Source: a virus
IMG/VR virus record: IMGVR_UViG_3300025466_000014
Reading direction: 5' to 3' (one strand)
DNA length: 64,000 bases
This document shows, one piece after another, positions 1 to 9,662 of the stretch (the first letter of the stretch is position 1; the number at the start of each line of letters is the position of its first letter). The translations under genes were made by a program, and so were the position numbers. Below the pieces are notes generated by a model. It made no database searches. It was not told the DNA's origin and saw only the letters and a program-made list of their open reading frames with translations.

Positions 1-292
1 GTATTGAGACACTTATCTCTTCTAAATCGTATTCTTCCTGAATCGAAACTTCTAGTTCGTCTTCGCCTTCTGCACTGTCTTTACTAGGACGCTTTAAAAG
101 TAGTGTGCCGTAACCTTCTTCGTCATCAAAGACTTCGTCGAAAGCAGCTTTAATAGCACTACTAAAAAGACTAAAGCCGGTACCGTTGCCCAGCAAAGAG
201 ACTTCCATCTTAGCAGAGAAATCCCACTGCATAAAAACACATTCAAAAGTGTGCCGTGCGTAATACAAATTAGGATCGTAGTTTGTAATCAT
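1..292 (-). CDS. Hypothetical protein, DUF5406-like (partial, runs off left edge)
   Basis: Own translation from ATG at 292: MITNYDPNLYYARHTFECVFMQWDFSAKMEVSLLGNGTG..., open to base 1. NYDPN...HT...QWD...GN resembles DUF5406 (recollection). Confidence 0.5.
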   Translation of the reverse strand, partial: MITNYDPNLYYARHTFECVFMQWDFSAKMEVSLLGNGTGFSLFSSAIKAAFDEVFDDEEGYGTLLLKRPSKDSAEGEDELEVSIQEEYDLEEISVSI

Positions 293-493
293 TTAGGTCT
301 CGCAGGAAGTAGATTTTAAAATGGGAATGAAAAAGGTACAGTCATCTGCTAGTGCAGGTTTTGTGATTACCCACCTACCAAATTTGTCGCTGTCTACAAT
401 CATGGTAGGCTGATACCTTAAGCATTTGCGGCATTTACTTTGTAGCATCATACTGGTCTTTATGCCAGTGCATTGCAGAGTAGATTTAGTCAT
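293..493 (-). CDS. Hypothetical protein (66 aa)
   Basis: ORF tightly packed between neighbours. Confidence 0.5.
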   Translation of the reverse strand: MTKSTLQCTGIKTSMMLQSKCRKCLRYQPTMIVDSDKFGRWVITKPALADDCTFFIPILKSTSCET

Positions 494-1214
494 TGTCTAG
501 TTTGCGAATGGCGTCGGCAAATTCGTGACCTACGGAACACTTATGAGCGCAGTCAAGTTTTTCACATAACGCTGCGCACTCCATAAGAGTATTTTTACGA
601 GTGCTTTTAATCTGTTTGTCGACTATGAAAAGTGCGGAAGGTTTGCGAAAAAGTGGCTCATGCGGAGGCCACTTCTTCTCAATAGCGGCTGCTCTCTCCT
701 GAGCCTCTTTCCATTCCTTAGATTGATAAGAATGTCCTTCTTCTCTAAAAGCCGCAGCTAGGTCAACCTCTACTTTATCGTGAGTGTGTGGAGAGTATTT
801 ACCACAAATAGGACAGGCAAAGGTCCCAACAGCAGGTTCAAACTCTCTAGCCAAGACGTCGTGTGTAACAATAATACCTGCGTGAAGCCCTGTTATGTCT
901 ATTGGGTTAGTCTGTTTAGCAGACATTATCTTCCATTGCTCAACTGCGTCGTTGAAAGTAAAAGTGCCTTGTATAATTTCTCCTTTACTACAAGACGCGT
1001 CTACCAAACCAAACAAGGTTTTTCTAGGCACTTTAAAGACACTATATTGCTCGTCTATCCAGAGTGCAGGCGCTAAAAATTCAGGCTGCTTATCTTGAAG
1101 AGCATTTGCCAGTTGAACCACCGCCTCTTCTAGAGGATTGAGGTCAGAGTGGTCAACTTCTGAAACCCGTCTACGGCACTTTTCAACTAAAAGGGTTAGG
1201 GTTGTTTCGTCCAT
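486..1214 (-). CDS. Hypothetical protein with CPIC...H-x-H motif
   Basis: 242-aa ORF in the minus-strand run. Confidence 0.75.
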   Translation of the reverse strand: MDETTLTLLVEKCRRRVSEVDHSDLNPLEEAVVQLANALQDKQPEFLAPALWIDEQYSVFKVPRKTLFGLVDASCSKGEIIQGTFTFNDAVEQWKIMSAKQTNPIDITGLHAGIIVTHDVLAREFEPAVGTFACPICGKYSPHTHDKVEVDLAAAFREEGHSYQSKEWKEAQERAAAIEKKWPPHEPLFRKPSALFIVDKQIKSTRKNTLMECAALCEKLDCAHKCSVGHEFADAIRKLDND

Positions 1215-1376
1215 TTTATTCCCGATCTTTAATCAAAACAATATTCAATGCGCCAGTAAAGGCGACCGCAAATTTTAAAAAATGCAGTGTCAGTGTAGTC
1301 GTCAAGCCAGAAAGACTCTGCACCGTAAAAGCGATGAGTCTCTTTTAGCCAAGCAAATCTCCAAAATTGAAACATC

Positions 1377-1736
1377 CTAGCCGCCCGAAGAAAAAATAGA
1401 TAGGCCTTCTAAATGGGCTGCCTTAGCTCGTTCTCCGTGCTTAGGACCAAAATGAGCCGGGGCGCAATTCTCGCATAAAACACCTTTGCAGTCCAAACAA
1501 CGATAAGCATCGTGCCAAGGCAGGGTCTTTCTACAACTCCAGCACTTTGTATTTAAAACTTTTTCTCTAGTGTGCTTGTGAACCAAAACAGCTAAATTCC
1601 AGTCAGCATTAGAGATTCCCGACGACTCTTTTTTGCGACCTAGAGTCTTGTATGCCTCTTCAACGGCGTCCCTTACAGGAACCCAGTCGTAAATAACTTG
1701 ACGCGGCTCTTCCTGAGCCGAATTTGAATCATTCAT
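1377..1736 (-). CDS. Cys-rich putative Zn-binding protein (B-box-like)
   Basis: CWSC...H...CLDC...CENCAPAH. Confidence 0.65.
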   Translation of the reverse strand: MNDSNSAQEEPRQVIYDWVPVRDAVEEAYKTLGRKKESSGISNADWNLAVLVHKHTREKVLNTKCWSCRKTLPWHDAYRCLDCKGVLCENCAPAHFGPKHGERAKAAHLEGLSIFSSGG

Positions 1737-2217
1737 CTTTAGCCTCTTCTGTTTTAGAAGTTGAACCTAGGGGGGTAAAAGATATATCTACCCATCTACG
1801 ATCACCAAACTTAGGGAAGTATAGAGTACAAGCTTTGCGGCCATGAGGCTTATCGGTAAAGTCTACTTTAGAGTAAACAGGGTCCTCTTTACCATCCGAA
1901 AAACGTAGGCCGCAACCTTCAGCAATAAGCTTCAATAGCTGTTCTTTGTTATCGCGAGCTTCTTCAGTCCAGGGTACGAGCAGCAGGTCTAAATCGCGTG
2001 TAAAGGAGCCGTGCATGACACAGGCATACCCATACTGCCAAGCGACTACTCGTGCCTGCGTGTAAACACGCGCGTAGTCTGGGTCAACAATTCCGTAAGG
2101 CTGACCCCCAGCAGATGAGGTAGCGTAATGCTTCAGCACCTTTTGCGCGTAAGCATAGATATCTTGATTACTGCTATGCCAAAGAGTTTCAATCTGTGTT
2201 CGCACGTCTTTTTCCAT
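1729..2217 (-). CDS. Conserved phage protein with a minimal nucleotidyltransferase-like motif
   Basis: GYACVMHGSFTRDLDLLLVPW resembles the pol-beta hGS...DhD motif with a short spacer. Confidence 0.55.
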   Translation of the reverse strand: MEKDVRTQIETLWHSSNQDIYAYAQKVLKHYATSSAGGQPYGIVDPDYARVYTQARVVAWQYGYACVMHGSFTRDLDLLLVPWTEEARDNKEQLLKLIAEGCGLRFSDGKEDPVYSKVDFTDKPHGRKACTLYFPKFGDRRWVDISFTPLGSTSKTEEAKDE

Positions 2218-2317
2218 TCATTATTTCCTTATGCTCGCACCAGCGATTATAAATAGCAAAGACAAAAAATCCTAAAACAATTAGGATTGCAAAAACGTAG
2301 CCAAGAATATCATTCAT

Positions 2318-2623
2318 TTACCTGCCCTCAATAACGTGCATTGCAATGGCTTTTTGAGCAGTATCGTAATGCTCAATACTTGAATTGAAGGGTATTCGCC
2401 AAAATGTGCCGTATTTTCTAGGAAAGCAATTATGCTCCTCAGCAATTGGGGCAATGGTAACCCAGTCCATATAATGAAAACGATACCAGCGAGTAAATTC
2501 AACTCCGTTTTTTACGGTTGACCTGTAAACTTGCGCACAGTTACTAGCCAGGTAAGGCCTAACGTTTTCTGGTTTATACCCAATAGATAACGCAAGAGAT
2601 ACGCAGATTTCTGGGTCAGTCAT
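2318..2623 (-). CDS. Hypothetical protein, paralog family A
   Basis: TDPEICVSLALSIGY...YMDW..IAPIA...AQKAIAMHVI, shared with 7071 and 7430. Confidence 0.75.
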   Translation of the reverse strand: MTDPEICVSLALSIGYKPENVRPYLASNCAQVYRSTVKNGVEFTRWYRFHYMDWVTIAPIAEEHNCFPRKYGTFWRIPFNSSIEHYDTAQKAIAMHVIEGR

Positions 2624-2697
2624 TTAAGGAACTCCGTCGCCTAAGAATATTGCCAGTACGGCAAGTATGCCGGCGATAACTATGAAGTCGTGAAGAG

Positions 2698-3114
2698 TCA
2701 TGCTTTTCTCCAAAATTTAAAAAACCGGCTAAGACTCTGACTACTTCTTAAAGAGTCTCGTTCTATGCAGAGACGGCAGATATCTTTTTGACGAACCTCG
2801 CACATCTCTACCCAACCGCCTGGGCCAGAAATTTCCTTGATTAGGTTCTCGTTGGCAGTTATAGTAAAAGCCAGTTCCTTAATAAGGGCGGCATTCTGCT
2901 CTTTAAGGGTATTGAAATCTTCTGTTAGCTCAGCGTTAGCCTTTTTAAGCCTAACTAGCTCTAAGTCTTTAGTTACCATATCTTTAGTGGCTTTATCTTC
3001 AGCGTAAGCCACGCCAGCGTTCCAAGAAGTCCAAGTGCTTATCAAAGCAGTTAACGCATAGGCTTCTTTTGCCCAAGCTACATAAGCTGGCGACATGCGC
3101 GTATCTAAATTCAT
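2698..3114 (-). CDS. Hypothetical coiled-coil protein
   Basis: ORF with heptad-rich centre; start moved to MNLDTR. Confidence 0.65.
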   Translation of the reverse strand: MNLDTRMSPAYVAWAKEAYALTALISTWTSWNAGVAYAEDKATKDMVTKDLELVRLKKANAELTEDFNTLKEQNAALIKELAFTITANENLIKEISGPGGWVEMCEVRQKDICRLCIERDSLRSSQSLSRFFKFWRKA

Positions 3115-3283
3115 TTTAGTGCCCCAGCAATTGCCCAAGACAAAGCCGTGAATATGAGAGCGATAAAGCAGGCAAAAACTCCGTCAAAAACGTTTTTGCG
3201 CGGCCACAAACAGAGTACCAGAGTTACCAAACTTACAAGAGCTGGAACATACCACCACGCCCATTCAAGAGTAATAGTGAATG

Positions 3284-3868
3284 TCATTTGAATCTTCCTT
3301 TCTCTTCATCTATGAATTTACGAATAGAGATTTCCAATTTCTTTGCCTGATGAGAGCCTCCTTTAGCCACAGCTTTTTCCACCAGAATGTCTACCTGATT
3401 TACGACTGACAAAGACTCGGCTGCCGCAATAGCGCAAAGGTTTGCCAATGAGGATAGAGTGTCGAGGTAGTGCTGATGAAGTTGAGCCAAGGTAAATAGC
3501 TGAGTGCAGTATTTGCAGTCTTTACCCACAACGCCAGAATCGGCCACCACGTAAAGTTGATCTTCACCGAAAAAAGCATTAGGGTCAAGATGATAGACGT
3601 AGGTAGGTGTGGGAGGATTAAACGCAACTAGCGGTTTAGAAGTTTTAGGTTCATCTTTCAATGGCGGTGGCGGGATGAAAGTATCTAGTAAAGCGGTTGT
3701 TGGTAAGGCTGCATTAGGAGCAGGATTGACCGAAGAGGTCTTGCGCAGAGAACAACTAGCGCACCAGTGGTTAGGATCATTACCGCAAAGTTTGTTTGTC
3801 TCGACGCATACAAAAGTTAGTTCAATCATCGTTACTCCTGAGCAGCCTAACGTCATAATAATTTTCAC
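3284..3868 (-). CDS. Hypothetical protein
   Basis: 194-aa ORF with Cys pairs and a Pro-rich linker. Confidence 0.65.
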   Translation of the reverse strand: MKIIMTLGCSGVTMIELTFVCVETNKLCGNDPNHWCASCSLRKTSSVNPAPNAALPTTALLDTFIPPPPLKDEPKTSKPLVAFNPPTPTYVYHLDPNAFFGEDQLYVVADSGVVGKDCKYCTQLFTLAQLHQHYLDTLSSLANLCAIAAAESLSVVNQVDILVEKAVAKGGSHQAKKLEISIRKFIDEEKGRFK

Positions 3869-4343
3869 CTAAACCTAATGATCGCAAATCCCAAATACCT
3901 GCGCGTTCTATGGCTTCTAAAACAGGTCGTTGCGGAAGCTGTTTGCGTTTTTTAATACACCAAACGGCAGGGCCCCATTCCTTGTCTTTTTCCCAGTGGT
4001 CATAAAGGTCTTGTAGCTCAGGCAGACTTAGCATCTCTGCGTCTGCGGCGCCCCACACAAAAATATCGTTGCAATTAACGGCAATTGCAAAAGTTTTCTT
4101 AGCCGCGTCGGGCCATTCTCTTTCCCACCAGTTAGTATTTACTATTAAGACATCTCTAAGTAGTAAGACAGCAAGTGCTTTAGTCTCCTCAAACATTCGC
4201 TCCACTGGAGGTTTATCTTCGTATCTTGTACCCCAATGCATATTCCAGTAGACGTCGTCTTCCGATACGACTGCTAAAGGTTTAGGCTCTGGCAGTTTGT
4301 CTTTCTTTAGAAGACGATTAAAGAGTTTTTGAAGTGCAGACAT
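3822..4343 (-). CDS. Conserved phage hypothetical protein
   Basis: VNCNDIFVWGAADAE...WG...W..KR..PQ motif; start moved to MSALQK. Confidence 0.75.
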   Translation of the reverse strand: MSALQKLFNRLLKKDKLPEPKPLAVVSEDDVYWNMHWGTRYEDKPPVERMFEETKALAVLLLRDVLIVNTNWWEREWPDAAKKTFAIAVNCNDIFVWGAADAEMLSLPELQDLYDHWEKDKEWGPAVWCIKKRKQLPQRPVLEAIERAGIWDLRSLGLGENYYDVRLLRSNDD

Positions 4344-4576
4344 TAGGTTTCTTTTTCTAAAGGTATATCGCGCCACTCAAAGTTGTAAAAATTACCTGCA
4401 CTGGAGATTGTATGCGGATAATTTTCTTCCCATCGTTGTTGTAAAACTTTAGTAGTTACTTTAGTAGTTGTAACCAAATTGCCTAGATGGTCAATATGCT
4501 TCTCAAAACCATTATTGTCTAGGGTAACTTCCACAGTGCGTTCGATCCAACGCATACGGTTTGTTGGTCTAAACAT
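4343..4576 (-). CDS. Small protein, paralog family B (LQQ.W...EWRD.P)
   Basis: RWIER...VLQQRW...FEWRDIP. Confidence 0.7.
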   Translation of the reverse strand: MFRPTNRMRWIERTVEVTLDNNGFEKHIDHLGNLVTTTKVTTKVLQQRWEENYPHTISSAGNFYNFEWRDIPLEKET

Positions 4577-4577
4577 T

Positions 4578-4952
4578 TTAGTTCTCCGCAAAATCTACCC
4601 AGATGTGTTCTGTAACTGAGTAAAACACATCGGCATTTGGAGCCGAAACTAAAAGCTTTTCATTAACACGCAGCCAATCTAAAACGGCTTGAGCGTCTTG
4701 TCGTCGACAAAAGCGCACAGCTTTATTAGGATCGGAACTAAATTCGACAGAGTTTGTAGGGCCGCCTACAAACCACTCAGCCCGACCCCTATTGGGGATT
4801 AGATTAAGTTCTATTAGCCATGCAATGGACTGCGGGCTATGTTTAAACTCCCCACCAATGCTAGGGTTAGCACCGCTAATAGGTTTAGTTGGCGTAACGT
4901 TGGTAATTTGAATATTAGGAAACGAGGGGAAGTTTTTGGTTGCATCATTCAT
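4578..4952 (-). CDS. Hypothetical protein
   Basis: Packed ORF. Confidence 0.7.
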   Translation of the reverse strand: MNDATKNFPSFPNIQITNVTPTKPISGANPSIGGEFKHSPQSIAWLIELNLIPNRGRAEWFVGGPTNSVEFSSDPNKAVRFCRRQDAQAVLDWLRVNEKLLVSAPNADVFYSVTEHIWVDFAEN

Positions 4953-5146
4953 TTTGGTAACTCCTTAAGTTGATCACGCCTGCCTTTCCAGAAGCATTTA
5001 AGGCAAGAAGCTTTTGCATTAGCGTCGTGGGTTTTTACAGAATGGCAATAATGCTCACCAGTATTTACCATGAACGCTTGTTCTGCGGTAACAATAATTT
5101 GTTCAGCACTATTGCAGTTAGGGCACATTAACTTTGTTGATTTCAT
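4949..5146 (-). CDS. Small Zn-ribbon protein
   Basis: CPNC...CLKC. Confidence 0.65.
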   Translation of the reverse strand: MKSTKLMCPNCNSAEQIIVTAEQAFMVNTGEHYCHSVKTHDANAKASCLKCFWKGRRDQLKELPK

Positions 5147-5441
5147 TTTTACGCCTTATACGGTCGTCAGTCCATTTGTCTAAAGATTCGTATTCTAGGT
5201 AATCGTAACTGCCTAGAAAAGTGTCGTTATGATAAAGCGGCGTCTTTATAAAGGGGTTGCCTCTTTTGTGAACAGACCATGAGCGCACTTCCTCATAGCG
5301 TTCTGAGTTTTTTGAGACGCGGCGTACCTCCTTGATTAGCTCTAAGTAGGCGAGGTCTGTTTCCGAGTCGTTTGCGGCTGTGCCTTTAGGGCGTATTTTA
5401 TCTGCGTAAGCCTCAATTAAGTCCAGAAGCTGGTTTTTCAT
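5118..5441 (-). CDS. Hypothetical protein
   Basis: Packed ORF. Confidence 0.65.
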   Translation of the reverse strand: MKNQLLDLIEAYADKIRPKGTAANDSETDLAYLELIKEVRRVSKNSERYEEVRSWSVHKRGNPFIKTPLYHNDTFLGSYDYLEYESLDKWTDDRIRRKNEINKVNVP

Positions 5442-6138
5442 TTTTAATGTCCTCTTTGCCTTTATTTACAGCTTGATAATTTTCCCATTTAGCGGCATTA
5501 TTAAGAACTGTCCCTAACTCTTTTACCAAATGAGTTTTAAGCTCTGCCTGTGAAAGGCTGTGGTAATAGGCAGATTCAATACACTGGTCAATTAGGTCCA
5601 AAAGGCGATTACCTTCTCCATCCTCAATTGCAATGAGCTCCAGACGTTCTCTGCAATCTTTAAGAAATCGCATTCTGTCTTTGTTGCCGTTAGAATGTAT
5701 GTTTTCAAATCCAGGACGTTTGCTACAGAGCATTCCGTGCGTGTATCCTAGATTTAGCTGCTCTTCAATCTCAATAAGGGCGGTAGACACATCCTTACTA
5801 AGCTTTTTAAAAGTATGATTGTCACGCATGTACCATATGGCATCAACAGGCGAGTCTTTTGCATTTTTATCGGCGGCCACAAGCTCTTTAACAAAAGCCG
5901 CTTCTGAAAATTCTAGGCACTCGTTAATCTTTGACAAAGCATTACCTGTTAACTTTGCCGACCTAAATATGTCGTGGCCCTTAACACGCCAATTACTTTC
6001 AAACGCATCGCGCGATAGACGTAAAGCTTCTTGCTGCGCACGTAAAACACCTGCAACTTCTTGCGCGATCTTAGCGGATAGGTGACCATGCCTTGAATTT
6101 GCTTCTAGCAAATCGGCTAATTCTAGAGCACGGTTCAT
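5413..6138 (-). CDS. Hypothetical protein
   Basis: Long ORF; start moved to MNRAL, which overlaps the upstream stop. Confidence 0.7.
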   Translation of the reverse strand: MNRALELADLLEANSRHGHLSAKIAQEVAGVLRAQQEALRLSRDAFESNWRVKGHDIFRSAKLTGNALSKINECLEFSEAAFVKELVAADKNAKDSPVDAIWYMRDNHTFKKLSKDVSTALIEIEEQLNLGYTHGMLCSKRPGFENIHSNGNKDRMRFLKDCRERLELIAIEDGEGNRLLDLIDQCIESAYYHSLSQAELKTHLVKELGTVLNNAAKWENYQAVNKGKEDIKNEKPASGLN

Positions 6139-6139
6139 T

Positions 6140-6514
6140 TCATGCCTCAAAAATAAATAGAAGTGCTCCACCAATTAGAGCAATTACAAGCATTGCGATT
6201 ACAGCACCTAAAAGACTAATGAAAGGCTCAAAAATAAATCTATCCTGTTTATTCCAAGTTTTACTAAAGAGCATTGGGTAGATGTAGGCAACAAGCAGAA
6301 TGCAAATTACACACTTCAAGAATATAATAGCATGAGGGTCTGTAGGCATACCATTACCGTATACGTGCTCCACACACGACGCGTAAGCTCTTGCGGCATT
6401 TACGTCGCCTGTATTCTGATAACTTGATAGTATAGACACACAGGCTACATCTTCTGCGTGGTTAGCTGTTGCCATAGCCTGTGCGGCTTGCGTGTTTGCA
6501 AAAAACATATCCAT
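6140..6514 (-). CDS. Putative membrane protein (2 TM)
   Basis: Two hydrophobic C-terminal segments. Confidence 0.7.
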   Translation of the reverse strand: MDMFFANTQAAQAMATANHAEDVACVSILSSYQNTGDVNAARAYASCVEHVYGNGMPTDPHAIIFLKCVICILLVAYIYPMLFSKTWNKQDRFIFEPFISLLGAVIAMLVIALIGGALLFIFEA

Positions 6515-6517
6515 TAT

Positions 6518-6727
6518 TCAATCTCCATTAGGTTTGTTTCTAGCAGCTTCTTTATTTGCAGCATGAACTACCTGAGCTAAAGCCTGCACGTTTTTAGTGT
6601 TAACAAACAATGATAATGTGTTAGGCACTGGTCCCGGCTCAGAACGCCAAACATGACCAGCGGCTGTTAGGTAGCTATCAAAGATCTCACTTTTCCAGCT
6701 ATCAATTACTATTGCGGCGGTTTTCAT
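6518..6727 (-). CDS. Hypothetical protein
   Basis: MKTAAIVIDSWK...; ATG overlaps the upstream TGA. Confidence 0.65.
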   Translation of the reverse strand: MKTAAIVIDSWKSEIFDSYLTAAGHVWRSEPGPVPNTLSLFVNTKNVQALAQVVHAANKEAARNKPNGD

Positions 6728-7074
6728 GGCGTTTCCTTTTGTGCGTCCTTTACGCCAGAAAGCCAGTTTACCAGCCGGTGTAGATGATTGTTTGCCCAAC
6801 GGCGTATCGCGTACTGCCTAACTATAGATATTAAAGTGTAAATCCATCCCATAAACCAGTTATCGGAGAGCGACAGATGCGCACCGGTAACCATAGGAAT
6901 AATAATCAAGTTCATGAAAAAATTTATGCTGACTCCGATTATGATTCCTACCCAAGCCTCGATGATAGAATGTCGGGGCGTTTGACCAGGTGTTGGTTTT
7001 GCATAAAAAGCAGAGTAAGTAAAAACTGCCACAAAAATAAGACTTAAAGTGCCTAAAACTTGTACTAGTGTCAT
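6724..7074 (-). CDS. Conserved phage membrane protein
   Basis: S..EAW....IG...N....P.....S..DN......T.IS..RQY.IRRW, three hydrophobic segments. Confidence 0.7.
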   Translation of the reverse strand: MTLVQVLGTLSLIFVAVFTYSAFYAKPTPGQTPRHSIIEAWVGIIIGVSINFFMNLIIIPMVTGAHLSLSDNWFMGWIYTLISIVRQYAIRRWANNHLHRLVNWLSGVKDAQKETP

Positions 7075-7433
7075 TTTATACCTTTACTTTGAATAACAGA
7101 CATTGCAATTGCTTCTTGGGCGCTATCCCAAAAAATCTGGTTTGGCTGATAAGCCTGACCCCATACATGCTTACGCTCGTACATAAACCTAATAGGAAAT
7201 CTATCAAGCCTTACAGCAATCGGGCTTGCGACGTTCCAGTCCCTGTAATCAAATACAACGCACCAGCCGTTACCGTTTACTTCATCGTAGAAGGTTCTAG
7301 TCTCTCCGCTATCTTGCGCAAGTTGTTCTGGTATGCCAACACAGCGCTCCGTGTGGTGTACACCGAAACCAAGTTGCTTGAACTTCCACCCAATGGCTTT
7401 TGCCAAAGCTGTCGAGATTTCTAAATCAGTCAT
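7071..7433 (-). CDS. Hypothetical protein, paralog family A
   Basis: MTDLEISTALAKAIGW...FDYRDW..ASPIA...AQEAIAMSVI. Confidence 0.75.
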   Translation of the reverse strand: MTDLEISTALAKAIGWKFKQLGFGVHHTERCVGIPEQLAQDSGETRTFYDEVNGNGWCVVFDYRDWNVASPIAVRLDRFPIRFMYERKHVWGQAYQPNQIFWDSAQEAIAMSVIQSKGIK

Positions 7434-7846
7434 TTTAGTAATCCTGCTCTGTGTGCGTGAATAACCGTCATAGCAACGGCGGCCTCTAGGGTATCTTCTT
7501 GTACTAGACTACGATTTAGTCCCGTCTTCTCTGAGTATTGATTAGCTTCCCAAGCAGTAACTTTACCTTGAGAATTTACGTATGGGCTTACACCTACAAA
7601 ATATTTCTTCTGAATAGGGACCAAAAGGTTACAGTCTTTGTAGTCAAAGACTTTCCATTCTTTACGCGAGTCGTTTACTTTAGACACGTTTACGTAGCAC
7701 ACCCCCTTGTGCTCGCTAATTTGTTGTTCTGCCCACCCAATTGCCAACGCAAGAGCTTTAGATATGTCGAGGTCAGTTACGAGATTGGGTTTGCAGACGC
7801 ACTCGTTGTAACGGTGCCCGCACCTTTTACAGCAATAGTGGCTCAT
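7430..7846 (-). CDS. Hypothetical protein, paralog family A, with an N-terminal Cys cluster
   Basis: CCKRCGH..ECVC, then TDLDISKALALAIGW...FDYKD...EAAVAMTVI. Confidence 0.75.
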   Translation of the reverse strand: MSHYCCKRCGHRYNECVCKPNLVTDLDISKALALAIGWAEQQISEHKGVCYVNVSKVNDSRKEWKVFDYKDCNLLVPIQKKYFVGVSPYVNSQGKVTAWEANQYSEKTGLNRSLVQEDTLEAAVAMTVIHAHRAGLLK

Positions 7847-8214
7847 ATGCCCAAATCCGTAGGGTAGAGATTCAATGCCTTGGAAGCTGCTAAGGCAGCG
7901 TTAGATTTGTGCAAAGAATATTCTAATTTTTCAGTTGGTGCTAACCGATTAGTCAGGCAAATTTCTGCGTAGGTTAGGGCGTCAACTAGAAGCAGGGCTG
8001 CGTCTATAAGTTTTAAGGTGTACCCATCTTTGCGTCTAATTATCTCGCGCAGCTCTTCGGCATGTACGGAATTAAAAACATTACGAACACTAAGATTCTG
8101 TGTCGCCTCTTTAACAAACAAAAGCTCTTTTTCAAGTTGCTCTATCTTTTCCGTAAGCTCTTTCTTTGTTAAAGGGCTTTCGGCTTTTTCGATAAGGGGC
8201 AAGTGGAGCACCAA
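7843..8214 (-). CDS. Hypothetical coiled-coil protein
   Basis: Packed ORF. Confidence 0.65.
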   Translation of the reverse strand: MVLHLPLIEKAESPLTKKELTEKIEQLEKELLFVKEATQNLSVRNVFNSVHAEELREIIRRKDGYTLKLIDAALLLVDALTYAEICLTNRLAPTEKLEYSLHKSNAALAASKALNLYPTDLGI

Positions 8215-8269
8215 TCTTTAGGGTTAGTACCACAAGCAATATCTTTTTTAGGACAAACGTACACCATAA

Positions 8270-8662
8270 TTACATCCCTTCGTTGGCCAGTGCTTCAGCC
8301 AAAATTAGTAGGAACAGGGAACGGTGGAGTTCATCGTCGCATTCACCGTTCCCTGCTCCATTCACGTACTTAAACCAATCGCCGTGGAAAAAAACGTAAT
8401 TTAGCAACTTTGAGTCTTGAAAAAACACCGAGTCTGGATTGCTGGTTGGTGGGTCTTCTGCACCCTTGCGCAACGCTGTACTGATTGGCCCGTACTGCAA
8501 GTGCTCGTCGTCGGGGTGGATGCGCCACACATAATCCGAGTCGATCTTTTCATGGTCGCCAAGTTGAACAACTTGCGTGGCTTCCCAATAATTAACGGGG
8601 TTTTTGAAGTGTTGTCGTTGCAACCGCGCACCACGGGCTGCGGCAAATAACAGCCTAGACAT
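8270..8662 (-). CDS. Conserved phage hypothetical protein
   Basis: RIHPDDEHLQYGPISTALR...LFLLILAEAL motif, recalled from Pseudomonas-type phages. Confidence 0.7.
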   Translation of the reverse strand: MSRLLFAAARGARLQRQHFKNPVNYWEATQVVQLGDHEKIDSDYVWRIHPDDEHLQYGPISTALRKGAEDPPTSNPDSVFFQDSKLLNYVFFHGDWFKYVNGAGNGECDDELHRSLFLLILAEALANEGM

Positions 8663-8846
8663 TTCTTATGGCCTCCAGCGCCTCAGGCGTTGCGCTATAG
8701 AAAACGCCATAAACAGTTGGCGCAGAATTAAGAGTATTGATTGAGTTAAAATACTGATGAGCAGTAGTTACAGCGATTGAATCTACCTCTTTAACCTCAC
8801 CTGTATTTAGATTAGTCTGTAGTTGCTTAGAAAATGGATTGAGCAT
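8655..8846 (-). CDS. Hypothetical protein
   Basis: Packed ORF with RBS. Confidence 0.55.
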   Translation of the reverse strand: MLNPFSKQLQTNLNTGEVKEVDSIAVTTAHQYFNSINTLNSAPTVYGVFYSATPEALEAIRNV

Positions 8847-8867
8847 AGGAACCTCTTTGAGTTAAAG

Positions 8868-9464
8868 TTAAGAAAAGTCTACCAGACCTGCAGTTGCGTC
8901 GTAAGGTACTTGATACTTGTTTAGTATCTTGTCCATTGTAAAGATTTGCTTAGGTGTTAACGTTTTACCAGCGCCTAGTTGCGTGCCTATTGAACGCACA
9001 AAATCGGCCTCAAAGGGAGTAAACTTGGTAACATGGTTCCGCCACAAGTACCGAACCCGTTTGTAGTATGGGCTGGTTACTGAGGTGGGAGGTGTTATGT
9101 TCTTGGTACTTGCATTCTTGTATGCAGCAGCAAGCTCTGCGTAGTCCTCAACAGTGAAGTTAATTAGGACTAAATGAAAGCCTAAATTATTTAGGTCTAA
9201 AGTAACGTCAGCTTCTCTTTGTGAGGTCGAAGTGCCGTAAACAGTTACGCCTAACATTTTGCAACTTTGAAGTCTCTCAGGCAGCCAATCCCAACCTATA
9301 ACCTTAACCGCGCGTAAAGCGGATTCAGCCTTTGTATCAAGACAAACCCCTGTGTTGTCCTGATAAGGCACGTAAGTAGCAGTGCCTTTGTTCATGCAAG
9401 CATGATGCAGGGGCATGACAAAGTAATTTATCGTACCGGAGTGTGTAGGGATTATTGTGTTCAT
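8868..9464 (-). CDS. Hypothetical protein
   Basis: 198-aa ORF. Confidence 0.7.
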   Translation of the reverse strand: MNTIIPTHSGTINYFVMPLHHACMNKGTATYVPYQDNTGVCLDTKAESALRAVKVIGWDWLPERLQSCKMLGVTVYGTSTSQREADVTLDLNNLGFHLVLINFTVEDYAELAAAYKNASTKNITPPTSVTSPYYKRVRYLWRNHVTKFTPFEADFVRSIGTQLGAGKTLTPKQIFTMDKILNKYQVPYDATAGLVDFS

Positions 9465-9643
9465 TTCTTAGCCCTACTGTTCTTCATATCCGCGTTATCG
9501 AAAAAATGTACGCATTTACCATCTTGACTAACCGGCGTTTCAACAAAATACGATTGGCGGTCTGGATTAGGTTTAGCAGTAAAGCGATAGCAATTATCTC
9601 GAAGAGGGCAACCTTCTCCCTCGCACATTGTTATGTCGGCCAT
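9461..9643 (-). CDS. Small Cys-rich conserved phage protein
   Basis: MADITMCEGEGCPLRDNCYRFTAKP...QSYF; GGAG RBS. Confidence 0.75.
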   Translation of the reverse strand: MADITMCEGEGCPLRDNCYRFTAKPNPDRQSYFVETPVSQDGKCVHFFDNADMKNSRAKK

Positions 9644-9662
9644 AATTTTCTCCAGATTAAAC

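Noticed and set aside
1215-1376. Possible sigma70 promoter on the minus strand (TTGACG...TAAAAT)
   Set aside because: The spacer is about 22 nt and there is no TG extension, so it is not supportable.
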